This document shows positions 54,791 to 64,000 of a stretch of 64,000 nucleotides of DNA, one piece after another. This DNA comes from an uncultured Candidatus Binatia bacterium (GTDB lineage: Bacteria; Desulfobacterota; Binatia; UBA9968; JAJDTQ01): positions 704,001 to 768,000 of the forward strand of contig OZ243916.1 of assembly GCA_965213675.1 (NCBI GenBank), in the 5' to 3' direction. How positions within the stretch are numbered: the stretch's first letter is position 1; each line of letters starts with the position of its first letter. The notes beneath the pieces are model-generated. The model worked only from the letters and a program-made list of their open reading frames with translations, was not told the origin of the DNA and ran no database searches. Position numbers and translations under genes: made by a program.

Positions 54791-56053
54791 ATGGCAGAAT
54801 ATCTTCATGTGAAAGTGCCGGAACAGGGCGAAAAGGTTACGCTTTCGGACGGCAAGGTTCAGGTTCCCGACAATCCCATCATTCCCTTCATCGAGGGCGA
54901 CGGCATTGGAGTGGACATCTGGGCGGCGGCGGTGCGGGTGCTCGACGGCGCCGTGGCCAAGGCCTACGGGGGCAGGAAGAAGATCTCCTGGATGGAAGTG
55001 TACGCCGGCGAGAAGGCTGAGGCGGTGTACGGCGACGACTGTCCGCCGAGCCTGCTGCCGCAGGAAACGGTGGACGTCATCCGGGAATACCTGGTGGCCA
55101 TCAAGGGTCCGCTGACCACGCCGGTGGGCGAGGGCTTCCGCAGCCTCAACGTCACCCTGCGCCAGGTGCTGGACCTGTATGTCTGCCTCCGTCCCGTGCG
55201 CTACTTCAAGGGCGTGCCCTCGCCGGTGGTGCGGCCCCATTTGGTGGACATGGTGATCTTCCGCGAGAACACCGAGGACATCTACGCCGGCATCGAGTGG
55301 GAGACGGGAACCCCCGAGGCCGAGAAAGTCGTGAAGTTCCTGCGCGAGGAGATGGGGGTCAAGAGCATCCGTTTCCCCGACACCGCCAGCATCGGCATCA
55401 AGCCCATCTCCATTGAGGGTTCCGAACGCCTGATCCGAGCGGCCATTCGCTACGCCGTAGAGCACGACCGGCGCAACGTGACCTTGGTGCACAAGGGCAA
55501 CATCCAGAAGTACACCGAGGGCGCCTTCATGCGCTGGGGCTACGCCCTGGCCAAGCGCGAGTTCGGCGACAAGGTGGTGTCCTGGGAAGACTGCGGCGGG
55601 CGGCCGGACGAAGGGCAGATCCTCATCAAGGACGCCATCACCGACGCCTTCCTTCAGCAGATCCTCACCCGGCCCGACGAGTTCGACGTGATTCCCACCA
55701 TGAATCTCACCGGCGACCTCATCTCCGACGCGCTGGCGGCCCAGGTGGGCGGCATCGGCATCGCGCCGGGCGGCAACATCAACTACGACAGCGGCCACGC
55801 CCTGTTCGAGGCCACCCACGGCACCGCCCCCAAGTACGCCGGCCAGGACAAGGTCAACCCGGGTTCGGTGATTCTGTCCGGCGAAATGATGCTGCGGCAT
55901 CTGGGGTGGGACGAGGCCGCGGACCTGGTGATCCAGGGCCTGGAGGAAACCATCGCCCAGAAGACCGTGACCTACGATTTCGAGCGCCTCATGACCGGCG
56001 CCAAGCTGCTCAAGTGCTCGGAATTCGGCGACGCCATCGTGGCCAACATGTAA
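54791..56053 (+). CDS. icd: NADP-dependent isocitrate dehydrogenase
   Basis: [55 protein letters not shown]; GAGGAG RBS. Confidence 0.97.
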   Translation: MAEYLHVKVPEQGEKVTLSDGKVQVPDNPIIPFIEGDGIGVDIWAAAVRVLDGAVAKAYGGRKKISWMEVYAGEKAEAVYGDDCPPSLLPQETVDVIREYLVAIKGPLTTPVGEGFRSLNVTLRQVLDLYVCLRPVRYFKGVPSPVVRPHLVDMVIFRENTEDIYAGIEWETGTPEAEKVVKFLREEMGVKSIRFPDTASIGIKPISIEGSERLIRAAIRYAVEHDRRNVTLVHKGNIQKYTEGAFMRWGYALAKREFGDKVVSWEDCGGRPDEGQILIKDAITDAFLQQILTRPDEFDVIPTMNLTGDLISDALAAQVGGIGIAPGGNINYDSGHALFEATHGTAPKYAGQDKVNPGSVILSGEMMLRHLGWDEAADLVIQGLEETIAQKTVTYDFERLMTGAKLLKCSEFGDAIVANM

Positions 56054-56065
56054 CGCAACGGGACC

Positions 56066-57019
56066 ATGAGCATTTCAAGACGCAAGATCGCACTCATCGG
56101 GGGCGGCAACATTGGCGGCACCATGGCGCACCTGTGCGCCCTCAAGAAGCTGGGCGACGTGGTGCTCTTCGACGTGGTGGACGGGCTGCCCCAGGGCAAG
56201 GCGCTGGACCTGCTTCAATCCGCGCCGGTGGAAAGCTTTGACGCCAGCATCGTCGGCACCACCAGCTACGAGGATATCGTCGGCGCCGACGTCTGCATCA
56301 TTACCGCGGGCATCGCGCGCAAGCCGGGCATGAGCCGGGACGACCTTCTGGGCACCAACGCGAAGATCATGTCGCAGGTGTCCGAGAACATCAGGAAATA
56401 CGCGCCCGACGCCTTCGTCATCGTCATCACCAATCCTCTGGACGCCATGGTGACCCTGTGCCAGCGGGTCACGGGCTTTCCCAAGCACCAGGTGGTGGGG
56501 CAGTCGGGAATCCTGGATTCGTCGCGCTACCGCACCTTCATCGCCCAGGAGCTGAACCGCTCGGTGGACAGCGTCTCGGCCATGGTCCTGGGCGGTCACG
56601 GCGATGACATGGTACCGGTGCGCAGCGCCTGTCAGGTGGGCGGCGTGCCGGTGGACCGTCTCATTCCATCGCAACGGCTGGACGCCATCGAACAGCGCGT
56701 GCGCGTGGCCGGGGGCGAGATCGTGGCGCTGTTGAAGACCGGCTCGGCGTTTTATGCGCCCGCGTCCGCCGCGGTGCGCATGGCCGAAGCCTACCTGCTG
56801 GACAAGAAGGAAGTGTTGCCCTGCGCGGCTCTGCTCGAAGGCGAGTACGGCGTCCAGGGCTACTACTTCTGCGTGCCTGTGCTCATCGGCGCCGGCGGCG
56901 TGGAGCAGGTCATCGAGATCGACCTGGCAGCAAACGAAAAGGCACAGTTCGACGAGTCCCTGTCCCACGTGCAGGAGATCGTCGGCGCCATGGACCGGGT
57001 GCTGGCGCAGGCCTCGTAG
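56066..57019 (+). CDS. mdh: Malate dehydrogenase (LDH-like)
   Basis: [39 protein letters not shown]. Confidence 0.96.
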   Translation: MSISRRKIALIGGGNIGGTMAHLCALKKLGDVVLFDVVDGLPQGKALDLLQSAPVESFDASIVGTTSYEDIVGADVCIITAGIARKPGMSRDDLLGTNAKIMSQVSENIRKYAPDAFVIVITNPLDAMVTLCQRVTGFPKHQVVGQSGILDSSRYRTFIAQELNRSVDSVSAMVLGGHGDDMVPVRSACQVGGVPVDRLIPSQRLDAIEQRVRVAGGEIVALLKTGSAFYAPASAAVRMAEAYLLDKKEVLPCAALLEGEYGVQGYYFCVPVLIGAGGVEQVIEIDLAANEKAQFDESLSHVQEIVGAMDRVLAQAS

Positions 57020-57238
57020 GGGCGCCCGCGGTCGCTGTGGCGGTCACCGCACGGCTTGCTGGGGCGGCCACGTACCGATCTGCGGGCCTGAGGGGCGGCC
57101 CGCGAGGAGCCACAACCCAACCGCCGGCAACCCATCAATGACCGCGGAAACTTGCCGGACGCCACAGCGGTACCGGGCATCCTCCACGATGGATGCTCGG
57201 CGGCTTCAAACGTTCCGGCGTCCGATTCCAGTCTCTCC

Positions 57239-58410
<1,172 letters not shown>

Positions 58411-58414
<4 letters not shown>

Positions 58415-59280
58415 GCATCCTGGTCAACGCCGAGACGCGCGTCCTCACCCAGGGCATTACCGGCGCCACCGGCCAGTTCCACACCCGCGCGTGCAAGGAA
58501 TACGGCACCCGGATGGTGGCCGGCGTCACTCCGGGGAAGGGCGGCACGGACTTCGAGGGCATTCCCATCTTCGACAGCGTGGAGCAGGCGGTGCGGGAGA
58601 CCGGCGCCAATGCCAGCGTCATCTACGTGCCGCCGCCCTTTGCGGCGGACGCCATGATGGAATCGGCCGCCGCCGGCGTACCGCTGGTGATCTGCATCAC
58701 CGAGGGCGTCCCGGTGCAGGACATGATGCGCGTCAAGCGTTACCTCGCGGAGCGCCACACCGTGCTCGTGGGCCCCAACTGTCCGGGGGTCATCACTCCC
58801 GGCGCGTGCAAGATCGGCATCATGCCCGGCCACATCCACAGGCCCGGGCGCATCGGCGTCATTTCGCGCAGCGGCACGCTGACCTACGAGGCCGTGGATC
58901 AGCTCACCCGTCTGGGCATGGGACAGTCCACCTGCGTCGGCATCGGCGGCGATCCCATCCGCGGGCTCAACTTCGTGGACGTGCTCGCCCGGTTCAACGA
59001 GGACGACGAAACCGAAGCCGTGGTGCTCATCGGCGAAATCGGCGGCAGCGCCGAGCAGGAAGCCGCGGCATGGATCCGGGCGCACATGAAGAAACCCGTG
59101 GTGGGCTTCATCGTGGGCCAGACGGCTCCGCCGGGCAAGCGCATGGGCCATGCCGGCGCCATCATTTCCGGCGGCAAGGGCACCGCCGCGGAGAAGGTCG
59201 AGGCATTGCGCGACGCGGGCGTGCGCATGGCGCCGACCCCGGCAGACATTGGAATCAGCATGAAAGAGGCATTGGGATAA
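58411..59280 (+). CDS. sucD: Succinyl-CoA ligase alpha subunit
   Basis: [34 protein letters not shown] (phospho-His). Confidence 0.97.
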
Positions 59281-59285
59281 CACGT

Positions 59286-59702
59286 ATGGAGCGCACACTG
59301 TCGATCGTCAAGCCGGAAGCCGTGGCCCAGGGCCATATCGGGGACATCCTGAGCCGGTTCGAGGGGGCCGGCCTCAAGGTTGTGGCCGCGAAGCTCACAC
59401 GCCTGGACAAACAGCGGGCGGAGTCCTTCTACGCCGTGCACCAGGAGCGCCCGTTCTTCAACACCCTGACCGATTACATGTCCACCGGCCCCATCTTCGT
59501 ATCGGTGCTGGAGGGCGACGGGGCCATCGCGCGCAACCGTGAGATCATGGGCGCCACCGACCCGGCCAAGGCGGCGCCGGGAACCATTCGCAAGGATTGG
59601 GGCACCAACGTGGAGGCCAACGCGGTGCACGGCTCCGACGCCCCCGAGACCGCAGCCGCGGAGATCGCCTTCTTCTTCACCGCCGGCGAGATCCACTCCT
59701 GA
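59286..59702 (+). CDS. ndk: Nucleoside diphosphate kinase
   Basis: [34 protein letters not shown]. Confidence 0.97.
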   Translation: MERTLSIVKPEAVAQGHIGDILSRFEGAGLKVVAAKLTRLDKQRAESFYAVHQERPFFNTLTDYMSTGPIFVSVLEGDGAIARNREIMGATDPAKAAPGTIRKDWGTNVEANAVHGSDAPETAAAEIAFFFTAGEIHS

Positions 59703-59725
59703 GGATCGTGGGCGGCCGCCGATGG

Positions 59726-59780
59726 GGCGTCCTTCGACGTCACTTGGCGAAGCTTCTCCCGAGCCTTGTCCAAGGACGCC
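59726..59780. repeat. CCTTCGAC-type REP-like hairpin
   Basis: GGCGTCCTTCGAC / GTCCAAGGACGCC inverted repeat (12/13); shares CCTTCGAC...GGCGAAGC with the 10073-10113 element. Confidence 0.45.
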
Positions 59781-59790
59781 GCGCGAAACC

Positions 59791-60894
59791 ATGGAACAGC
59801 TTCCCACGGGGGACCCCCGGCGGCCCATCGAGGGCCTCGGCCACGCCGAGTTGAGCGCGTGGCTCGACGCGCGTGGGGTTCCGGCCTATCGCGCCCATCA
59901 GATACGGCGCTGGCTGTTCCAGAAGCGCGTCACCGCGTTCGAGAGCATGACCGACCTCGCCAGGGAGTTGCGGCAGGCACTGGCGCGGGAATTCGTCATC
60001 GGCTGCGCGGCGGTGCAGCAACGGAGCCGTTCCCGCGACGGCACCGTCAAGTATCTGCTGCGCCTGCGCGACGGCAACGTCGTGGAGACGGTTTACATAC
60101 CGGAGGCGGATCGGGTGACGCTGTGCGTGTCCACGCAGGCGGGATGCGGGCTGGGGTGCGCATTCTGCGCCACCGCGCGCATGGGGCTCCAACGCAACCT
60201 CACCGCGGCGGAGATCGTGGGCCAGGTTCTTGAGGTCCAGCGCGAGTGTGCGGAGGAGCGGCGCATCTCCAATCTGGTGTTCATGGGCATGGGCGAGCCC
60301 CTGGCCAACTACCAGGCCACGCGCGCCGCGCTGGAAGCGATGACCGACGCCCACAGCGGCATGGCCATTTCGCCGCGCAAGATCACCGTCTCTACCGTGG
60401 GGTTGCTCCCGCAAATGCGCCGGCTCATGGAGGAGACTCGCGTGAACCTCGCCATCTCGCTCCATTCCGTGCGTGACGACGTGCGCTCGGAGCTGATGCC
60501 GGTGAACCGCAAGTACCCGGTGGCGCGGTTGCTGGAATGCTGCCGGGAGCTACCGGTGCCGCGGCGCAAGCGCATCACCTTCGAGTACCTGCTGCTGGGG
60601 GGCGTCAACGACCTCGCCGCGGACGCGACGGAGCTGGCGCAACGGCTGCGCGGCATTCGCTGCAAGGTGAACCTGATACCGTTCAATCCCCACGAGGGGA
60701 GCGGTTTCCAGCGGCCGCCGGACGCGGCAGTGGAGCGTTTCGGCGAGACGCTGCGGGCTTGCGGCATCCAGACCCACGTGCGCCGTCCCCGGGGGGAAGA
60801 CATCCAGGCGGCCTGCGGACAATTGTATCACGCGGCGGCCACCGCGGGCGCTGCCGAGACACCGGGACTGTCGCCGACAACCGGCTGCACATGA
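59791..60894 (+). CDS. rlmN: Dual-specificity RNA methyltransferase RlmN (radical SAM)
   Basis: DGTVKYL, CVSTQAGCGLGCAFC, FMGMGEP, AISLH, VNLIPFN, DIQAACGQL. Confidence 0.96.
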   Translation: MEQLPTGDPRRPIEGLGHAELSAWLDARGVPAYRAHQIRRWLFQKRVTAFESMTDLARELRQALAREFVIGCAAVQQRSRSRDGTVKYLLRLRDGNVVETVYIPEADRVTLCVSTQAGCGLGCAFCATARMGLQRNLTAAEIVGQVLEVQRECAEERRISNLVFMGMGEPLANYQATRAALEAMTDAHSGMAISPRKITVSTVGLLPQMRRLMEETRVNLAISLHSVRDDVRSELMPVNRKYPVARLLECCRELPVPRRKRITFEYLLLGGVNDLAADATELAQRLRGIRCKVNLIPFNPHEGSGFQRPPDAAVERFGETLRACGIQTHVRRPRGEDIQAACGQLYHAAATAGAAETPGLSPTTGCT

Positions 60895-60921
60895 GGTCGC
60901 TTCAAGGCGCACACGTCTCGA

Positions 60922-61803
60922 ATGGACACGAAAATGCAAGAGAACACGACTCTGGGCGTCATCGGCGGTACCGGCCTGTACGACATGGAGGGGCTGAGCG
61001 ATGTGCGCGAGGTGGCGGTGGAGACGCCCTTCGGCGAACCCTCCGCTGCCTTCGTGACGGGTACCCTCGCCGGCGTCGACATGGTCTTTCTGCCGCGTCA
61101 CGGCAAGGGGCACCGGCTCCTGCCCACCGAAGTGAACAACCGCGCCAACATCTTCGGCATGAAGAAGCTCGGCGTCGGGCGGATTCTCTCGGTGAGCGCC
61201 GTGGGGAGCCTCAAGGAGGAGATCGAGCCAGGCCACATGGTGCTGCCGGATCAGTTCATCGATCGCACCTGGCGCCGCACGAGCACGTTCTTCGGCGACG
61301 GCATCGTCGCCCACGTGCAGTTCGCCGATCCGTTCTGCAACGATCTGCGCGCCGCCGTGGCGGCGGCGGCCGGGGGCGAGGCCATCACGGTGCACGGCCG
61401 CGGCACTTACGTGTGCATGGAAGGGCCGCAGTTTTCCACCCGGGCGGAGTCGGCGCTGCACCGGAGCTGGGGCGCGGATGTCATCGGCATGACCAACCTT
61501 CAGGAGGCCAAGCTCGCTCGGGAAGCCGAGATCTGCTTCGCCACCATCGCCATGGCCACCGACTACGACTGCTGGAACGAGGCCGCCGGCGACGTGGACA
61601 TCGAGGAGATCATCGCCGTGCTGCAGAAGAACGCGGAGGTGGCCAGGCGCATCGTCCGGGGCACCGCCGGGCGCCTGACCGCCGAACGCGCCTGCCCCTG
61701 CGCCACGGCGCTGGCCATGGCCATCGTCACCGATCGGTCGGTGATTCCGGAAGAGACCCGCAAGAAGCTGGGGCCGTTGGTGGACAAGTATCTGCAGTTG
61801 TAG
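60922..61803 (+). CDS. mtnP: S-methyl-5'-thioadenosine phosphorylase
   Basis: GVIGGTGLY, TPFGEPS, PRHG, SAVGSL, EGPQFSTRAES, GMT, TDYDCW. Confidence 0.93.
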   Translation: MDTKMQENTTLGVIGGTGLYDMEGLSDVREVAVETPFGEPSAAFVTGTLAGVDMVFLPRHGKGHRLLPTEVNNRANIFGMKKLGVGRILSVSAVGSLKEEIEPGHMVLPDQFIDRTWRRTSTFFGDGIVAHVQFADPFCNDLRAAVAAAAGGEAITVHGRGTYVCMEGPQFSTRAESALHRSWGADVIGMTNLQEAKLAREAEICFATIAMATDYDCWNEAAGDVDIEEIIAVLQKNAEVARRIVRGTAGRLTAERACPCATALAMAIVTDRSVIPEETRKKLGPLVDKYLQL

Positions 61804-61884
61804 CCGCCAAGTATCAAGGGGAGGGGGTGCGGGAATGACGGAAGGGCGAGTGAGCAGCGTTCGGGACTCAGGAGGTTTGTCAAC

Positions 61885-62790
61885 ATGAACGTACTGGTGG
61901 TGGGTTCGGTGGCGTTTGATTCCATCGAGACCCCGCACGGCCGCGCCGACCGAATCCTGGGGGGATCCGCGGCCTATTTCTCTCTGGCGGCGGCTTTTTT
62001 CGCCCCCGTGCGCATCGTCGGCGTGGTGGGCGAGGACTTTCCGGACGAACATGTGCGTGCGCTGTCGCGCAGCGGCGTGGACCTGGAGGGCTTGCAGCGC
62101 GCCCCGGGCAAGACCTTCTACTGGCACGGACGCTACCACGAGGACCTCAACGTCCGCGACACCCTGGAAGTCCAGCTCAACGTGCTGGAAGACTTTGTTC
62201 CCCGTCTCCCGCCGGGATACGAGGATACGGAGTACGCCTTTCTCGGCAACATGCACCCGGCGGCGCAGTTGGAAGTGCTGTCGCGCTTGAAGCAGCCGCG
62301 GCTGGTGGCCCTCGATACCATGGATCACTGGATTCACGAGACGCCGGAAGAGTTGCGCAAGGTTCTGGGACGGGTGGAGACCGTGGTGATCAACGACTCC
62401 GAGGCGCGCATGCTGAGCGGACAGCACAACATTGTGCGCGCCGCCCGCGCCATTCTCGAAATGGGGCCGCGGGTGGTGCTCATCAAGCGCGGCGAGTACG
62501 GGGTCTTCCAGTTCTCCGATACCGCCGCCTTCGTGGTGCCGGCCTATCCGCTGGAAGAGGTGCTGGATCCCACCGGCGCGGGCGATTCCTTTGCCGGCGG
62601 CTTCATGGGATGCCTGGCCGCGGCCGGCGCCGGGGAAGCGAACGCGTTGCGCCGGGCCATCGTGTACGGCAACGTGACCGCGTCCTTCACAGTGGAGGAT
62701 TTCGGTCCGCGACGGCTGATGGCGCTGGACCGCGCCGGGATCGACGAGCGTTTCGAGCGCTTCGTGGATTTGACCCGTTTTCGCGACTGA
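61885..62790 (+). CDS. PfkB family carbohydrate/nucleoside kinase
   Basis: VVGSVAFD, GGSA, INDSEA, KRGEYG, DPTGAGDSFAGG. Confidence 0.9.
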   Translation: MNVLVVGSVAFDSIETPHGRADRILGGSAAYFSLAAAFFAPVRIVGVVGEDFPDEHVRALSRSGVDLEGLQRAPGKTFYWHGRYHEDLNVRDTLEVQLNVLEDFVPRLPPGYEDTEYAFLGNMHPAAQLEVLSRLKQPRLVALDTMDHWIHETPEELRKVLGRVETVVINDSEARMLSGQHNIVRAARAILEMGPRVVLIKRGEYGVFQFSDTAAFVVPAYPLEEVLDPTGAGDSFAGGFMGCLAAAGAGEANALRRAIVYGNVTASFTVEDFGPRRLMALDRAGIDERFERFVDLTRFRD

Positions 62791-62809
62791 AGGCGTCGAA
62801 TCAAGTCGC

Positions 62810-64000
62810 ATGAACATCGCAATGATCGGCGTGGGCTACGTCGGCCTGGTCACGGGAAGCTGCTTCGCCGAGACCGGGAACGATGTGGTCTGCGTGGACA
62901 TCGATCAGGTCAAGGTCGCGCAACTCCGGCAGGGGCGGGTGCCCTTCTACGAGCTGGGCTTGGAAGAGTTGATCCAGCGCAACACGCGGGAGGGCCGGCT
63001 GTCCTTTTCCACGGATCTGCCCGAAGCCGTAAGGGGCGCGGAATCCATCTTCATCGCGGTGGGCACGCCCCAGGTCTCCGCGGGGGATGCGGACCTGACT
63101 CAGGTGTTCGCGGTGGCCGATAGCATCGCCCGGGCCATGAACGGCGCCAAGATCGTGGTGACCAAGAGCACGGTTCCCGTGGGTACGGCGGCGCGCGTTC
63201 GCGAGATCATCGAGGCGCGCACGGAGTATCCGGTGGCGGTGGTGTCCAACCCGGAGTTCCTCAAGGAGGGCGCCGCGGTAGAGGATTTCATGAAGCCCGA
63301 CCGGGTGGTGCTGGGCGGGGAGGACGCCGCCTCCCTGGAGTTGCTCAGTGGCCTCTACGAGCCCTTCGTGCGCACCGGCAAGCCCATCATCCGCACGGAT
63401 TCGCGCAGCGCGGAGATGAGCAAGTACGCCGCCAACGCCATCCTCGCCACCAAGATCTCCTTCATCAACGAGACCGCGCGCCTGTGCGAGAAGGAGGGGG
63501 CGGACATCGAACAGGTACGGCGCATCGTCGGCCTCGACCATCGCGTCGGGCCGCACTCCATCTATCCCGGCATCGGTTTCGGCGGCTCCTGTCTGCCCAA
63601 GGACATCCGCGCGATGATCGCCATGGCCGGGGACGAGCTCGATATGCCGCTGCTGCGGGCGGTGGACCGGGTCAACGAGACCCAGAAGGGAATCCTGCTG
63701 GAGAAGCTGCGCAAGCATTTCGACGGGGCGCTGGCGGGCCGCATGCTGGCGGTGTGGGGCCTGGCGTTCAAGGCGCGCACCGACGACATGCGCGAATCCC
63801 CGGCGATCCGGGTCATCGACGAGTTGCTGGCGGCGGGCGCACGCGTGCGCGCCTTCGATCCCGAAGCCATGAACGAGGCGCGCAAGCGCTATGGCGACCG
63901 CATCGCCTACGGCGAAAGCAATTACGAGGTGGCGGACAACGCCGACGCCGTGCTCGTGCTGACGGAATGGAACGAATTCCGCAGCCCCGACTTCCCGCGC
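62810..64000 (+). CDS. ugd: UDP-glucose/GDP-mannose dehydrogenase, truncated by window edge
   Basis: Translated by hand (absent from the ORF track): MNIAMIGVGYVG, IAVGTP, KSTVPVGT, SNPEFLKEG, KYAAN, GFGGSCLPKD, GLAFK..TDDMRES. Confidence 0.92.
   Translation, partial: MNIAMIGVGYVGLVTGSCFAETGNDVVCVDIDQVKVAQLRQGRVPFYELGLEELIQRNTREGRLSFSTDLPEAVRGAESIFIAVGTPQVSAGDADLTQVFAVADSIARAMNGAKIVVTKSTVPVGTAARVREIIEARTEYPVAVVSNPEFLKEGAAVEDFMKPDRVVLGGEDAASLELLSGLYEPFVRTGKPIIRTDSRSAEMSKYAANAILATKISFINETARLCEKEGADIEQVRRIVGLDHRVGPHSIYPGIGFGGSCLPKDIRAMIAMAGDELDMPLLRAVDRVNETQKGILLEKLRKHFDGALAGRMLAVWGLAFKARTDDMRESPAIRVIDELLAAGARVRAFDPEAMNEARKRYGDRIAYGESNYEVADNADAVLVLTEWNEFRSPDFPR

Noticed and set aside
57020-57238. 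Possible cis-regulatory RNA upstream of sucC
   Set aside because: Only decayed REP-like GC palindromes are visible; no supportable conserved structure.

Overview
High-GC bacterial chromosomal segment. Gene content suggests a 'deltaproteobacterial'-type lineage, possibly Candidatus Binatia, but this is an unverified inference. Housekeeping blocks: ispG-dus-maf, prc, cysS, tRNA-Leu(CAG), valS-birA-coaX-EF-G paralog, quinone side-chain genes, a complete ccm System I cluster, and icd-mdh-sucCD-ndk-rlmN-mtnP-pfkB-ugd. These are interleaved with uncharacterised catabolic genes. The largest block is a 13.5-kb minus-strand cluster with two UbiD proteins, a three-subunit molybdo-flavoenzyme, two COG1233 flavoproteins, two SDRs and a signal-less binding-protein-fold protein. 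There are also three tandem ornithine-cyclodeaminase-family paralogs and several amidohydrolases. I found no CRISPR array, rRNA, prophage or transposase. The most unusual non-coding signal is two families of ~165-bp CTAG-bounded MITE-like elements. They have unrelated ends, but both can fold on one strand only into a rod in which tandem G.A pairs alternate with single Watson-Crick pairs. Several copies begin at a TAG stop codon, and the G.A strand lies on the sense strand of the adjacent gene. A sigma54/IHF/enhancer-like regulatory region sits upstream of a ThrB-like kinase with a degenerate catalytic loop. All product calls come from motif recognition by eye; no searches were run.
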